From assembly GCA_951406725.2 (NCBI GenBank), contig OX597818.1, positions 94,054,001 through 94,118,000 on the forward strand: DNA of 64,000 nt, given 5' to 3'. Source of the DNA: Octopus vulgaris (lineage: Eukaryota). A model generated the notes under the pieces. It did no database searches and was not told the origin of the DNA. It was given only the letters and a program-made list of their open reading frames with translations. Position 1 is the stretch's first letter, and every line of letters begins with the position of its first letter. Made by a program: the position numbers and the translations under genes. Positions 25,119-37,592 of the stretch are shown here, in pieces.

Positions 25119-25475
25119 TGTGGCTGTGTGATAAGAAATTTGCTTCCCAACCACATGGTTCTGAGTTCAGTCCCACTGTGTGGCACTTTGGACAAGTGTC
25201 TTCAACTATTGCCTCATGCCGACCAAAGCCTTGTGAGTAGATTTGGTAGACGGAAACTGAAAGAAACCTGTCGTATATATATATGTGTGTGTGTGTGTGT
25301 GTTTACGTCCCTGTAACTTAATGGTTCGGCTAAAGTGACCAATACAATAAGTACCAGGCTTAAAAGAAAAAAAACACAAGTACTGGGGTCGATTCAATCG
25401 ACAAAATATTCTTCAAGGCAGTGCTCCAGCATGGTCACAGTTTAATGAGGGAAACGAGTAAAACATAAAAGATTA
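25119..25475 (+). mobile_element. Family A SINE
   Basis: Head, CORE, (TG)n and Nin-like tail in + orientation. Confidence 0.82.
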
Positions 25476-26184
25476 CTATTTGTTTTTGACGAAAATTAAA
25501 AAAAAAAAAACCTCTCCACCGCCCAATCATGCGGGAATTACCTCCCTTGCATTACGTCGTCGACTCTATCACAGCGTCTACATACACATACGCACGCACA
25601 CATTCACGTTCTCTCGTGCTCTCTCATCCGTTATGATGTATTGTCACCAATCCTTTTCCTTTTCCTTTTCTATGCTTTGTCATCTACTTTCTATGTACTC
25701 TCTCACACTCATATACTCTGTCATGTGCTTTCCCATGCACCCTGTCACTGTCTTATATACTTTCACTTTTCCCCCCCAAAACTGTTGATCCAAGTTCAGT
25801 TCCTCTCAAAGACTCCAAAGGCTGCTACATCTCTGTCACTTGAACAACTAGATGTAGCAGCCTTTTGAGTCTGCTGTGATGAGTCTACAAATAAACACAC
25901 AAAATATCTAAGGGTATATTTTTTCTTCCTCTGAAGAAATTATGCTCAGCTCTGCCCTTAATCGAAACAGCTTTAAGGGAGAATGATGGATTTGTTGCTG
26001 ATAATAAACTCTTATTAACTTCAATATCTCCATTTTCTTATTCTTCATTTGCCTGATTATAAACTATGGTTTACATATAAACCTATTATTTTATGGATAT
26101 TAATTTTTCCCCAAAATATTAGGCGTTGAACCAGTATTTCCTTGGATGACACCATCCCTTCATGAAGCTAAAATAACCTCTGAT

Positions 26185-26583
26185 TGAAAGACCTATTGAG
26201 TCAAGTATGTTAACACAAACATCAAATGAAAATTGAATGGAAATAGTAGTTAAGACACCCGTGCTGGTGACATGTTAAAAGAAAAGCACCGTCCGAATGT
26301 GGCAGATGCTAGCGCCGCCTGATTGGCGTCCGTGTCGGTGACACGTAAAAGCACCAACCGATTGTGGCCGTTTGCCAGTCTCCTCTAGCCCCTGTGCCGG
26401 TGGCACGTAAAAAGCATCCACTACACTCACAGAGTGGTTGGCATTAGGAAGGGCATCCAGCTGTAGAAATACTGCCAGATCAGACTGGTGCCTGGTGCAG
26501 CCTCCTGGCTTCCCAGACCCTGGTCGAACCGTCCAACTCATGCTAGCATGGAAAACAGACATTAAACGATGATGATGATGATG
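26185..26583 (+). mobile_element. RTE 3' UTR-only copy
   Basis: Starts with the gacctattgagtcaagta module also seen at 57589; same core and (GAT)n tail. Confidence 0.8.
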
Positions 26584-27498
26584 GGTTTCTTTCTACCAAA
26601 TACACTCACAAAAGTGTGGTTGACCCAAAACTATAATAGAAGATGCTACTTGCCCAAGGTGCCACACAGTGGGATCAAGCTCAGAACTATGTGGTTGGGA
26701 AGCAAACATCTCATTCCATAATGTGTGTGTGTATACCCTTATTTGCCAGTATGTGATGATTGTAAACAAGCATCACTGTTATATAAGTGGTGTTCTTCAT
26801 TTCCAGTTTTTCCCCCCCAAAATATGTCTGGTCATGGGGAAATATTACCTTGTTTGGAACTGGGTGAAGTTGGCAACAGGAAGGGCATCGCTGTAAAAAA
26901 TCTGCCTCAATAAATTCCTTCCGACTCATACAAGGATGGACAAGAGTGCATTAAACAATGATGATGATGAATCCAACACAGTGTGCAAATAAACTAATTA
27001 CATGTATTGGGTGTTAGTGACTGACTCTTCGTTGCATGTCTGTGTTTGAGTGTCTTGGTTTGTACTTATGTTCTTATAACTGTTCTCTATGTATGTGTTG
27101 TTTATCTTCTGGTCAGCTCTGATTGAGCTGACCAATGATGAAAGGTATTCTAGCCAAGACTGTGCTGCCTTCTTAAGAGTATTTAGGAATACATTATCCA
27201 GTGTCTGTCCATTTTCCAAGAGAAGATGTGATGCGATGTGATGAAGATTTGGCTGGCGTATCTAGTTGTTCAAGTGACCAAGATGTAGCAGCCCTTGGAG
27301 TCTTTGAGAGGAACTATCTTTTAATGTCACTGTATGAGTAGGAAGTATCTGAGTGTGTATTAATGAGGTGTGTGTGTGTGTGTGTGAGAGAGAGAACAGG
27401 TCCTGAATTTCTCCCCCTACTGCTGTACAATATTTATCTGATGGCCTGTGTTGGCTGTAAAGTAATTAATATTGTTCTTGCTATTGTCTTTGTTTCAG

Positions 27499-27664
27499 CT
27501 TACGACCTTGCCAAGGAACAGAGAATGAACTTTGGAGATGACATTGCAAGTGCTCTCCGAAGTGCCAAAAAGAAACGGTGGAATGTCATAGAAGAGAAAC
27601 GCATCCAACAGGAAATAGCACTTCAAACCTACCTCAACAGACTGATCTCTGAAGAGCTTCAAAG
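27499..27664 (+). CDS. STUB1: STUB1/CHIP internal coding exon (end of TPR, helical hairpin; exon 3 equivalent), 166 bp, phase 1 to 2
   Basis: tgtttcag|CT TAC...CAA AG|gtaggt; G+CT gives Ala, then [54 protein letters not shown], the hallmark CHIP AKEQR.NFGDDI.SALR.AKKKRWN segment. Confidence 0.96.
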
Positions 27665-28826
27665 GTAGGTCTTTTGCTACAGGTGGTTGTTGTAGTAGTA
27701 GTAGTATTCTGGATTGTTTTTGTTTTGAAACTGGTGTAGTTATCATGGTGTTGAGGTTATTGTGATGGTGTAGTTTTGTTGCTGTTCAACTCCAGGTCAG
27801 CCCTGATCTAGAAAATCTACAAGGTGTTTCTGTCATGGTCATCTCTTCTTTATGTTCAGGCACATGTCCATCTAAAATAATTAATTTTTTTTTAGTTTTG
27901 TAGAATGTAATTTGAAGGAATTTTGGTTGCTCTTTCCAGTAGGTTGAGTGGTCTCATTGTAGCTTCTGTATTGGCTTATATAGTTTTGTTATTGTTGTGA
28001 TATAGTGTAGTTGTTGCTATTGTGTTGGTGCAGTTAATGTGGTAGTGATGGTGGTTGTTAACATGAAAGGAGAAATAACTTTTATAAAGAATGGCATGTA
28101 ATCCAACATGTTTGTTGTTGTTTTGAAACTACAGATCAGACAAATGACTAGTTATAAACCAGAGATCTATTTTACCAGATTTGTGCTGCTGTTGTAGAAT
28201 GGACGGTTATCCTGTGCATTCTGTTATGTAGTTGGAAATGTTTTCATGAGTTGCTTTTATTCCAAAAATCACGCTAGTTTTGTATGCCTACAAGTTCTTA
28301 GTTATGTAAAGAGGTATGTAAACTATCGCTGGTGATGTATATCTCATCATAACGTTTGTTGAACTGTGTAGAGGTTGAGGTATTATGTGGGTGGTGCTGT
28401 AGAAGTATCTGGACTGAGTGGGATGGATATTGGTTTTGAGAGTGGCTTTTACTGTGGATTTAGTGAGGGATACTGCGTGTTTGGGTGTGATTGTACATAT
28501 AGTGGTAGGAATAGGGATGGTCAGAGCTTGCTTTGCCAACTACATGTACTCCTCACATGATAAGGTAATCTTTTATTTTGACTAGATGATCCATGTAACA
28601 TTGTGATGCTTGCCTCTATCCATCCATCCACCTTCTCTGCCCTCTGTTCCTGAGAGTGTTGTGGGGCTAGAGTCCTTAGGTATTTCCTTCCATGGATCCT
28701 ATTAGAAGCAACTGTCATAAGAGTTTACTGCTGAATTTGTCCAAGCATGACCCACCAAGACTACAGATATTATCCAGTCATCTTGTTCTTGGTCTATCCC
28801 TACATCTTCTGTTTAACTTGGCTTAA

Positions 28827-29030
28827 CCCTTTTGATACCAACCTGCCTGAAACCGCCTCTGGCTCTGTCGTACAAATGTCTTGTTTTCAAAAGTTCTGAA
28901 TTAAAATCTTCTACCAAACCTTAGTCACAGTTTATACTCCTAACACTAACTTGATGATAACTCTTTGTTATATTCAAAATTAATTGAAAGAAACATAGAG
29001 CGTCTCAACAGAAATATGGTAACAAAAGGG
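28827..29030. mobile_element. piggyBac-like MITE
   Basis: TTAA|cccttttgatacca ... tggtaacaaaaggg|TTAA. Confidence 0.85.
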
Positions 29031-29740
29031 TTAAAGAATTTGTCTTATGATTGCTCAGCTTGAAGAATCCATCTTGTAATTGGGATGCATGTTCTGCATT
29101 TCTGTATTGTTGTGATTTGTTTATGTATGTATGTATGGTTTGAGACACAGACATAGCTGGCATAATCAGCAATGGATCTAATGTACCATTTGTTTGAAGT
29201 TATATGTATTTTTTGTGTGTTGGCCATCTGTGGTACTTGTAAGGGCTCTAAGTTTATTTGCACATTTTTTACTCTCCTGTTTGGTGTCATTGATAATTCC
29301 TGTGGTATGCTGATGGTATGCTTATGTTGTGTAGGTTGGCCAGCTCTATTTTAACAGTTCTTTTTGGTTGTGAGAGCCATCTTATACCCTCTAATATGCA
29401 GTGAGATCACCATGCAGTTTGCAAGCCTATGAACCCTGAGGGGGCAGCTTTTTGCTAGGAGGTGAGAGATAAAAGTATGAGAGAAGGGGACAGAGCTCAG
29501 CATGTTTCTTGCTATAGGAGAGCTCCATGACTGTTTGTGTTTTAAAGAAAGGGTGAGAGTGATCAGGCGGAGCTGGAAAGAGATAAAAATAGCAGTGATG
29601 AGGAGTCTGAGTGGATCCTCAAGGTTCAGGGTAGGTAGAAATGAGTGGGACAGAGGGACCAGGAGTGTAGGTGGGTGAGTGGAATTTAGAAGAGAGTATG
29701 AATGAGTAATGAGAACATGCTTGCTTTTGGAGTTGGAGTA

Positions 29741-30130
29741 TTACTCTTTTACTTGTTTCAGTCATTTTGACTGCAGCCATGCTGGAGCACTGCCTTTAGT
29801 CAAACAAACCGACCCCAGGACTTATTCTTTGTATGCCTAGTATTTATTCTGTTGGTCTTTTTTGCTGAACTGTTATGTAACAGGGATGTAAACACTACAA
29901 CATCGGATACAAATGTTAGTAGAGGGACAAACACTGACACAAACACACAACTACACACACACACACACGACAGGCTTCTTTTGGTTTCTGTCTATCAAAT
30001 CCACTCACAAAGCTTTGGTCAGCTGAAGGCTATTGTAGAAGACACTTGCCCAAGGTGCCATGCAGTGGGACTGAACCCAGAACCATATGGCTGGGAGCAA
30101 GCTTCTTACCACACAGCCACTCCTGTGCCT
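29741..30130 (-). mobile_element. Family A SINE
   Basis: Full-length match to 1631-2000. Confidence 0.85.
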
Positions 30131-30571
30131 ATGGTAAGTTATTTGAAGTTGTTATTGTGTTAATGTGTTATGTTCATTATTAGAATTGCTATAAGGTGGC
30201 AGGCTGGTAGAATCAGTAGCATGCCAAGAGAAATGCTTAATGATATTTCGTCTGTCACTATGTTCTGAGTTCAAATTCTGCTGAGGTCGACTTTACCTTT
30301 CATTATTATGAGAGAGGTGAGCAGAGCAGGTTCCTACAGAGTGATCTGCAAGGCTATTCACATTTAATATGTGGAAAAAGAAGGTATTCACTGCTTGTTT
30401 TGTGGTTTACCTTGGATACAAACAATTTTGAGCTTTTAGGATATAAAAAATTTTTTGCGGGGGTGGTGGTGGTGGTGCTTTCCTTTTTTAGTTTCCCACT
30501 GCTTTATTATATTTCTGTTGCATATTGTATAGTATAAATGTATTGTGTTTGAGGTTGTCTCCAGTTTTAAT

Positions 30572-31015
30572 TCATCATCACCACCATTTTAACGTCCACG
30601 TTTCCATGCTTGCATGGGCCAATTGGGATTCATTGAGCTAAATTATCTATGGCCAGATGCCCTTCCTGTCACTATCCCAACCCTCACCTGTCTCTAAGCA
30701 GAGTAATATTTTGCCATGGCCAGATGTTTTCATGAAAGATTGGTAACAAAGAACACTGTCACACAGTGACATGCATTTGCAACTATCAAGCCATGTCAAG
30801 ACAGAGATATAAACACACATACATTCATCCACCACTCATACACACAACAGGCTTCTTTCAGTTTCCGTCCATAACTCTCAGATTCATTCACAAGACCTTG
30901 GTTAGCCTGGCAGGTGTAGTGGAAAGCACTTTGCCCAAGATGCCATGCAGTGGGACTGAACCTGAAACCATGGGGTTGGGAAGCAAACTTCTCAACCACA
31001 CAGCCATGCCTGCCC
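30572..31015 (-). mobile_element. SINE with family A head but alternative aggaagggcatc/(GAT)n tail
   Basis: Head at 30840-31015; tail at 30572-30810 ending in gtggacgttaaaatggtggtgatgatg; same layout at 40700-41105 (+) and 53283-53640 (-). Confidence 0.75.
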
Positions 31016-31563
31016 CTAATTGGGTTATTTTCATTGTGTAATTTCAGTTGTATTTTCATTGCTGTTCTTGATGAAATGTATTTTTAAAAATGATTTTGCT
31101 GTAGTGTTGGTTGGTGATTGGGGCTTAAAGCAGTTTTCAAAATTAGGTCCTGTCTCTTGCTGGAAGCTTTTTTTTATGTTTGATTAAGTGATTTCCTTCA
31201 TTCATCTGTGAATGTGTTATGATGGTCTGTAAGTGTACAGAGGAGAATTAGTAGACTGTTTACTATGTGGTTGTAGTAGTTTTTAGCTTGACTACTTCAT
31301 AACGTTGATGTTAGACGAGTGTATTACAAGGTGATGTATTACAGTAGTGAGGGTGTGTGGCCTAGTGGTTTGGATGTTGTACTCAGGAGCGCAAGTTCAT
31401 GGTTTCGTTTCCCAGACCGTATGATGCATTATGTTCTTGAGCAAAATCACTTCATCTGTAATCACACCTGATGTGTAGCACACCATACACCTGTACAGGA
31501 AATGTCAATTTGATGGCGGAAGTGAGCTAATGGGCAGGCTGTTCAGCAAGAAATTGCAGAACC

Positions 31564-31964
31564 GACGAGCTGGCAGAAATGTTGGCATACCAGGCGAAAT
31601 GCTTAGCAGTATTTTGTCTGCCGTTATGTTCTGAGTTCAAATTCCGCCGAGGTTGAGTTTGCCTTTCATCTTTTCGGGGTCGATAAATAAAGTACCATTT
31701 ACACACTGGGGTCGATGTAATTGACTTAATCTGTTTGTCTGTCCTTGTTTGTCCTCTCTGTGTTTAGCCCCTTGTGGGTAGTTAAGAAATAGGTATTTCG
31801 TTTGCTGTTACGTTCTGAGTTCAAATTCTGCCTAGGTCGACTTTCACTTTCATCCTTTCGGGGTTGATAAATTAAGTACCAGTTATGCACTGGGGTTGAT
31901 GTAATCGACTTAATCCCTTTGTCTGTCCCCTCTATGTTTAGCCCCTTGCGGGCAATAAAGAAAT
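31564..31964 (+). mobile_element. Dimeric family B SINE
   Basis: Head + body + head-truncated second body; 16-bp TSD aagaaattgcagaacc (31548-31563, 31965-31980); inserted within an older tRNA SINE starting ~31345. Confidence 0.9.
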
Positions 31965-32348
31965 AAGAAATTGCAGAACCTTCATTTGTTGTCTATAGCA
32001 GGAAAGCCTATGAATAGTATGTTTAACTGTCTTGGATTCTGGTTATGTGTTATGCAATGGCTATTTCGGTTGTTGCTGGACATGTTTATGCACAGTCTGG
32101 GTTTATGTATGCTGGTTGTCCTTTTTTATGCTGTTGTAGTTTAGGCAAGTTTGTTGTTGGAGCTATAAACTTTATCAGGAAGAAACCACATCATCCAGGC
32201 ATGGTTCTGTGGTTAAGAAATTTGCTGTCCAACCACATAGTTTCAGGTTCAGTCCCACAGTATGGCACCTTGAGCAAATATCTTTTGTGATAGCTTTGAG
32301 CTGGCCAAAACTTTGTAAAGATGTGGAAGATGGTAACTGAAAGAAGCC

Positions 32349-32389
<41 letters not shown>

Positions 32390-32392
<3 letters not shown>

Positions 32393-33330
32393 TATTTTTT
32401 ATATAAGCTTAAAGCTTATGGCGATCACCATGCAATGACTAAGGAAAATAGTCTAATAATGGGGCATATAAACTCTTGACAGAGAAAATGCTTTTCTATC
32501 CGTGTGGGACTCGAACCCACATCCCTTTGTTAATGCAACTGTGTTGCCTTTACACCAGCGAATTAGCCTTCCTCTTTCTGTCAAATTTAAGAACTATATT
32601 AGTTTGTATTTGTTTTATGTAAACAAACTTTCTATATAAGCTTTCAGTGTGAATGGTTTTTGTTATACGGCGATGTATTTTACAATCCTGTAAATAATAA
32701 TAATGGTATTTTTTTTAATGTAGGCTTAAAGCTTATGGTGACCACCATGCAATGACTCTTTTACTCTTTTACTTGTTTCAATCATTTGACTGTGGCCATG
32801 CTGGAGCACCACCTTTAGTCGAGCAAATCGACCCCAGGACTTATTCTTTGTGAGCCTAGTACTTATTCTATCGGTCTCTTTTGCTGAACTGCTAAGTTAC
32901 AGGGACATAAACACACCAGCATCTGTTGTCAAGTGGTGTTGGGGGACAAACACAGACACACAAACACACACACACACATATATATATATATACATATGAC
33001 AGGCTTCTTTCAGTTTCCGTCTACCAAATCCACTCACAAGGCTTTGGTCGGCCCAAGGCTATAGTAGAAGACACTTGCCCAAGGTCCCATGCAATGGGAC
33101 TGAACCCGGAACCATGAGGTTGGTAAGCAAGCTACTTACCACACAGCCACCTATGCCTAAGGACTATTAGACTAAGGAAAATAGTCTAATAACGGGGCAT
33201 ATATTAGACTATTTTCCTTAGTCATTGCACAGTGATCACCATAAGCTTTAAGCTTATATAAAATATACCATTATTATTATTTACAGGATTGTAAAATATG
33301 GCGCTGTATAACAAAACCATTCGCACCGAA
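32390..33330. repeat. Direct plus inverted repeat element carrying a tRNA-like A/B box
   Basis: The unit starting at 32390 restarts at ~32704; 33203-33330 is an inverted copy; minus-strand tggtgtaaagg...ggttcgagtcccacacgg at 32500-32560. Confidence 0.8.
32757..33155 (-). mobile_element. Family A SINE
   Basis: Full-length; interrupts the tandem/inverted element at 32390-33330. Confidence 0.88.
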
Positions 33331-33731
33331 ATATATATATATAAAATATAGAGAAAATTGAAAACGCAAAGTTAAGGCAGTCAAACAGATTCCCGAATGC
33401 ATAAATGAAATCATTCAATTGAAGTAGATGATGTATATATATTTAAGCAAGCATGTGGCCATTTGCATACGAGGTGTAAATCTTTTTATTAGGAATTTTT
33501 TTGACTCTGCTAGATGATTAGTACGATGTAATTTTCCAAAGAGGACATCATCCTGATGAAGAGAACATTGTATATATGGATTATTTAATTTTTAACCATG
33601 ACCTGTAATGTACCCCTGAAACATCCTCCAATTTTGGACCCTTTTTATTTCTGTATTTTTAACCTTGAAATTTAGCCCTCACTTGTTTTAGAATTTTATC
33701 TTTTATTTTGTAATTTTCATTTTATAATCTA

Positions 33732-34119
33732 CTAGCAGTATCGCCCGGCGTTGCTCGGGTTTGTAAGGGAAATAACTATATAAGCATTTTTAGAGAGTTA
33801 TAGCCAAAAAATAGCAAAATGCATTAAAAATGGAAAAAAAATTATGGTAAATTTTTTTTTAAATCGTTGACTCATCGTAGACATTTTTAGAGAGTTACTT
33901 CCCTTATATAATAGCGAAAAAATGCATTAAAATGGAAAAAAAATGATGGTAAATTTTTTTTTTAATCGTAGACTCATCGTAGACGCGCGCTAATACTCAG
34001 AAGGGCTCGATATGAATCCCAACTATAACTTTTGGTTACACTGCACTGCAAAATGTGGGAGTTGTTAGGAATCTAAATCGTAGGAGACAGACACACAACT
34101 TCACTTTTATATATAAAGA
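33732..34119 (-). mobile_element. Non-autonomous Helitron, same family as 3636-4029
   Basis: Reverse complement shares the 5' TC end, the body and the cccgagcaacgccgggcgatactgctag end; internal ~100-bp duplication (about 33785-33980). Confidence 0.88.
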
Positions 34120-34549
34120 TATGTATAAGTGATTTTTAGATGATTTAGGCAGTTTGCTATTTAAAATTGATGTTTTTATTCCTCAACCTCTCATTCGACT
34201 TGCACCTCCCATATTTATCATGCATAACTCCTTACATGTAATTTTTATTTATATGTAATTTTATATGTATTTTATATATTTTTATATATCTTCTATATCT
34301 TTCTGTATGTTAAGTTTTATATTCTTTATTCCCTTGGAGAATCTTTGTGCCTGTATATGCATAATTTATGCTAATGTGTATAAATGTATATGCTTTAACT
34401 ACTTTGATTGAATGATTTCATTTATGTGTTCAGAAATCTGTTAAACTGCCTTAACTTTGCATTTTCAATTTTCTCTACACCATATTTTTCTGCCTTGGCT
34501 CTCAATGAGCACTCTGTAAACAGCCCATATATTTTAAAATATATTTAAT

Positions 34550-35142
34550 ATATGGCGAGAATGGAAGAGGATAGCTGTGTGAAAAAGTGCCACACCCTAG
34601 CGGTTGAGGGAACTTGTGGAAGAGGTAGACCCAGGAAGACCTGGGATGAGATGGTGAAGCATGATCTTCGAATGTTAGGCCTCACTGAAGCAATGACTAG
34701 TGACCGAAACCTTTGGAAATATGTTGTGCTTGAGAAGACCCGGCAAGCCAAGTGAGACCATAACCTTTGGCCTATGCCAGGGATGTAACCAGCCCACTTA
34801 TGCATACCTTTCTTTCATTGGACACTAGACTCTGCTTGCAAAGACCTGTTGAGGCAAGTGAAATCGAAATCAAATTTGATGACTGGCATCTGTGCTAGTG
34901 GAGCACTAAGAGCACCTTCCGAGCGTGGTCGTTGCCAGTACTGCCTGACTAGCCCTCATGCCAGTGGCATGTAAAAGCACCCGCTACACTCTCGGAGTGG
35001 TTGGGGTTAGGAAGGGCATCCAGCTGTAGAAACTCTGTCAGATCAGATTGGAGTCTGGTGTAGCCATCTGGTTCGCCAGTCCTCAGTCAAATCGTCCAAC
35101 CCATGCTAGCATTGAAAGTGGACGTTAAGTGTTGATGATGAT
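34550..35142 (+). mobile_element. 5'-truncated RTE LINE: ORF C-terminus, 3' UTR and (GAT)n tail
   Basis: RMEEDSCVKKCHTLAVEGTCGRGRPRKTWDEMVKHDLRMLGLTEAMTSDRNLWK...* runs directly into the window's common ggttggcgttaggaagggcatccagctgtagaaac...(gat)n repeat. Confidence 0.88.
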
Positions 35143-36037
35143 ATATATCTATATATGTATGTGTGTGTGTGTTTGTCTGACACCATGTGATAGTTGTAAA
35201 TGAGTGTTGCTGTCATATAAGTGACATCCCTTATTTCCAAACTTCTGTAAAACTGTTGGGACAAGGGAAAATATTACCTTACCTGGAAACAGAGAAGTCC
35301 TGGAAACACGAAGAACATCTGACTGTAGAATAACTGCATCAACAAATTCCATTTGACCCAAGCAAACATAGAAAAGTGGAGTTTGAAAAGTGATGATTAC
35401 AACTTTGATGGTACTTTGTTATAATTCGAAGTCTGTTTAAATGAACATTGATTAATTTATTTGGTTTGTCTGTTTTTAAATTAGTTTTGTAGAAAGGAAT
35501 TTCTATTTCTCTGATATTCACTTCTTTTTTTTTTTGTTCATAGTCATCATATCCATATTTTTTAATATTTTGTGTCATATCTATTTGTATCTCTGCTAGA
35601 TCAGATTGGCAGCCATCTGGTTTGCCAGTCCTCAGTCAAATCATCCAACACATGCTAGCATGGAAAGCAGACATTAAATGATGATATCAGTATTTTTTCA
35701 TATTTCGTGTTTAGCTGTTAAGCTTTCACTATTCAACTGCCATTTTAGATGTGATAATCCTGTCTTTTTTTTTTCTGGCATAGTGAGATTTGAGTGAGAT
35801 TTGGCTGTTGTTTGTTGCAGGTTGAGCAATCATGTGGAGCTTCCTTGTCAGTTCATTCAAATGTATGTTTGTATATTTCATTACAAGGGCCTTTGAGTCA
35901 AAGGGTAGGATGTACATAAGTTAATAGTGAATCTCAGAAAACATGAAATTTAAGTTTCATTTCATTGTCTGTAGCAAAGTTAATTTATTTTCATCTTAAG
36001 ATATTGTCCTAACAGTGTCACCTTAAAGGTATTGTTT

Positions 36038-36334
36038 TGTTCCTTCTCGAGTCATGCCTGGCCCATAAGGGCCTTTTTTCCGGTTTCCTTGGCGTATATG
36101 TTCCCCACCAGGACAGGATGCCAGTCCGTCGCAGGTGAGCTGCTAGATGCAGGAGGAAAGAGTGACAGAAAGTTGTGGCGAAAGAGTCAGCAGAAGTTCG
36201 CCATTGCCTTCTGTCGGAGCCGCGTGGAGCTTAGATGTTTCACTCATAAACACACATCACCCAGTCTGAGATTCAAACCCGCGATCCCTTAACTGTGAGT
36301 CCACTGCTCTAACCACTAGGCCATGTGCCTCCAC
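36038..36334 (-). mobile_element. tRNA-derived SINE of a third family
   Basis: Minus strand gtggaggcacatggcctagtggttagagc (A-box) and gggtttgaatctc (B-box); 12-bp TSD aaggtattgttt (36026-36037, 36335-36346). Confidence 0.85.
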
Positions 36335-36524
36335 AAGGTATTGTTTGATGTGTGTCAGTGAGATAGAAATATTGGTATCAGCATATATGTGAATGAGTAA
36401 TGTATGCTGATTGAAGAATATTGTGAATTAGTGGTGAGGTGTATTTGTATAGTAAAGGAGACTAATACCAAGGAGACTAGGGAAGAACTAATCAGAATGA
36501 CTGAAGGTTGGTTGTCAGAATAGA

Positions 36525-36938
36525 AAGGAAGTGAGCTGGCAGAAATGTTAGCACGGGCAAAATGCGTAGCAGTATTTCGTCTGCCGTTACATTGTGAGTT
36601 CAAATTCCACCGAGGTCGACTTTGCCTTTCATCCTTTCGGGGTCGATTAAATAAGTACCAGTTATGCACTGGGGTTGATGTAATCAACTTAATCTGTGTG
36701 ACTGTCCTTGTTTGTCCCCTCTGTGTTTAGCCCCTTGTGGGTAGTAAAGAAATAGGTATTTCGTCTGTCTTTACGTTCTGAGTTCAAATTCCGCCGAGGT
36801 CGACTTTGCCTTTCATCCTTTCGGGGTTGATAAATTAAGTACCAGTTACGCACTGGGTTTGATGTAATCGACTTAATCCCTTTGTCTGTCCTTGTTTGTC
36901 CCCTCTATATTTAGTCCCTTGTGGGCAATAAAGAAATA
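36525..36938 (+). mobile_element. Dimeric family B SINE
   Basis: Same dimer layout; candidate 8-bp TSD agaataga (36517-36524, 36939-36946). Confidence 0.88.
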
Positions 36939-37184
36939 AGAATAGATCAGGTAGTATATGCAACAGTTTGGGCATCCCAAGTAAATCTTTGGTTGGAGTG
37001 GGTAGTTGGAAGTATGCAAAGGTTGGTCAATACCAAAGAGATCAACCAATGGCAGAAGCAGTTCATGGTAGACTTCGGATAATCAAAGGTACGTTAGTTC
37101 CTACTGTAATAAGCCTTGCAAATGGGATGGGATGATAAAAGGCTGAGATGCACACATACCCTGTATTATCTTATTTACCAGTTG

Positions 37185-37228
<44 letters not shown>

Positions 37229-37286
37229 CACACAATGTAGTTTCTGAGGCAGTAATATGGTTTTGTAGAACTATTCTGTCCATAAT

Positions 37287-37592
37287 TCATCATCATCAAC
37301 ATCGTTTAATGTCCGTTTTCCATGCTTGCACAGGTTGGACGGTTCAACCGGGGTCTGGGAAGCCAGGAGGCTGCACCAAGCTCCAGTGTGATCTGGCAGT
37401 GTTTCTACAGCTGGATGCCCTTCCTAACTCCAACCACTCCGTGAGTGTAATGGGTGCTTTTTACGTGCCACCAGCACAGGTGTCAGGGGTGACTGGCAAA
37501 TGGCTACGATCGGTTGGTGCGTTTTACGTGCCACCAGCACAGAAGCCAGTCAAGGCAGTGCTGGCATCAGCCACGTTTGGGTGGTGCTTTTT
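37287..37592 (-). mobile_element. RTE 3' UTR-only copy
   Basis: Reverse complement of the same repeat. Confidence 0.8.

Noticed and set aside
32500-32560. Functional tRNA gene
   Set aside because: A/B boxes and T-arm are present, but there is no convincing acceptor or anticodon stem; treated as tRNA-derived.
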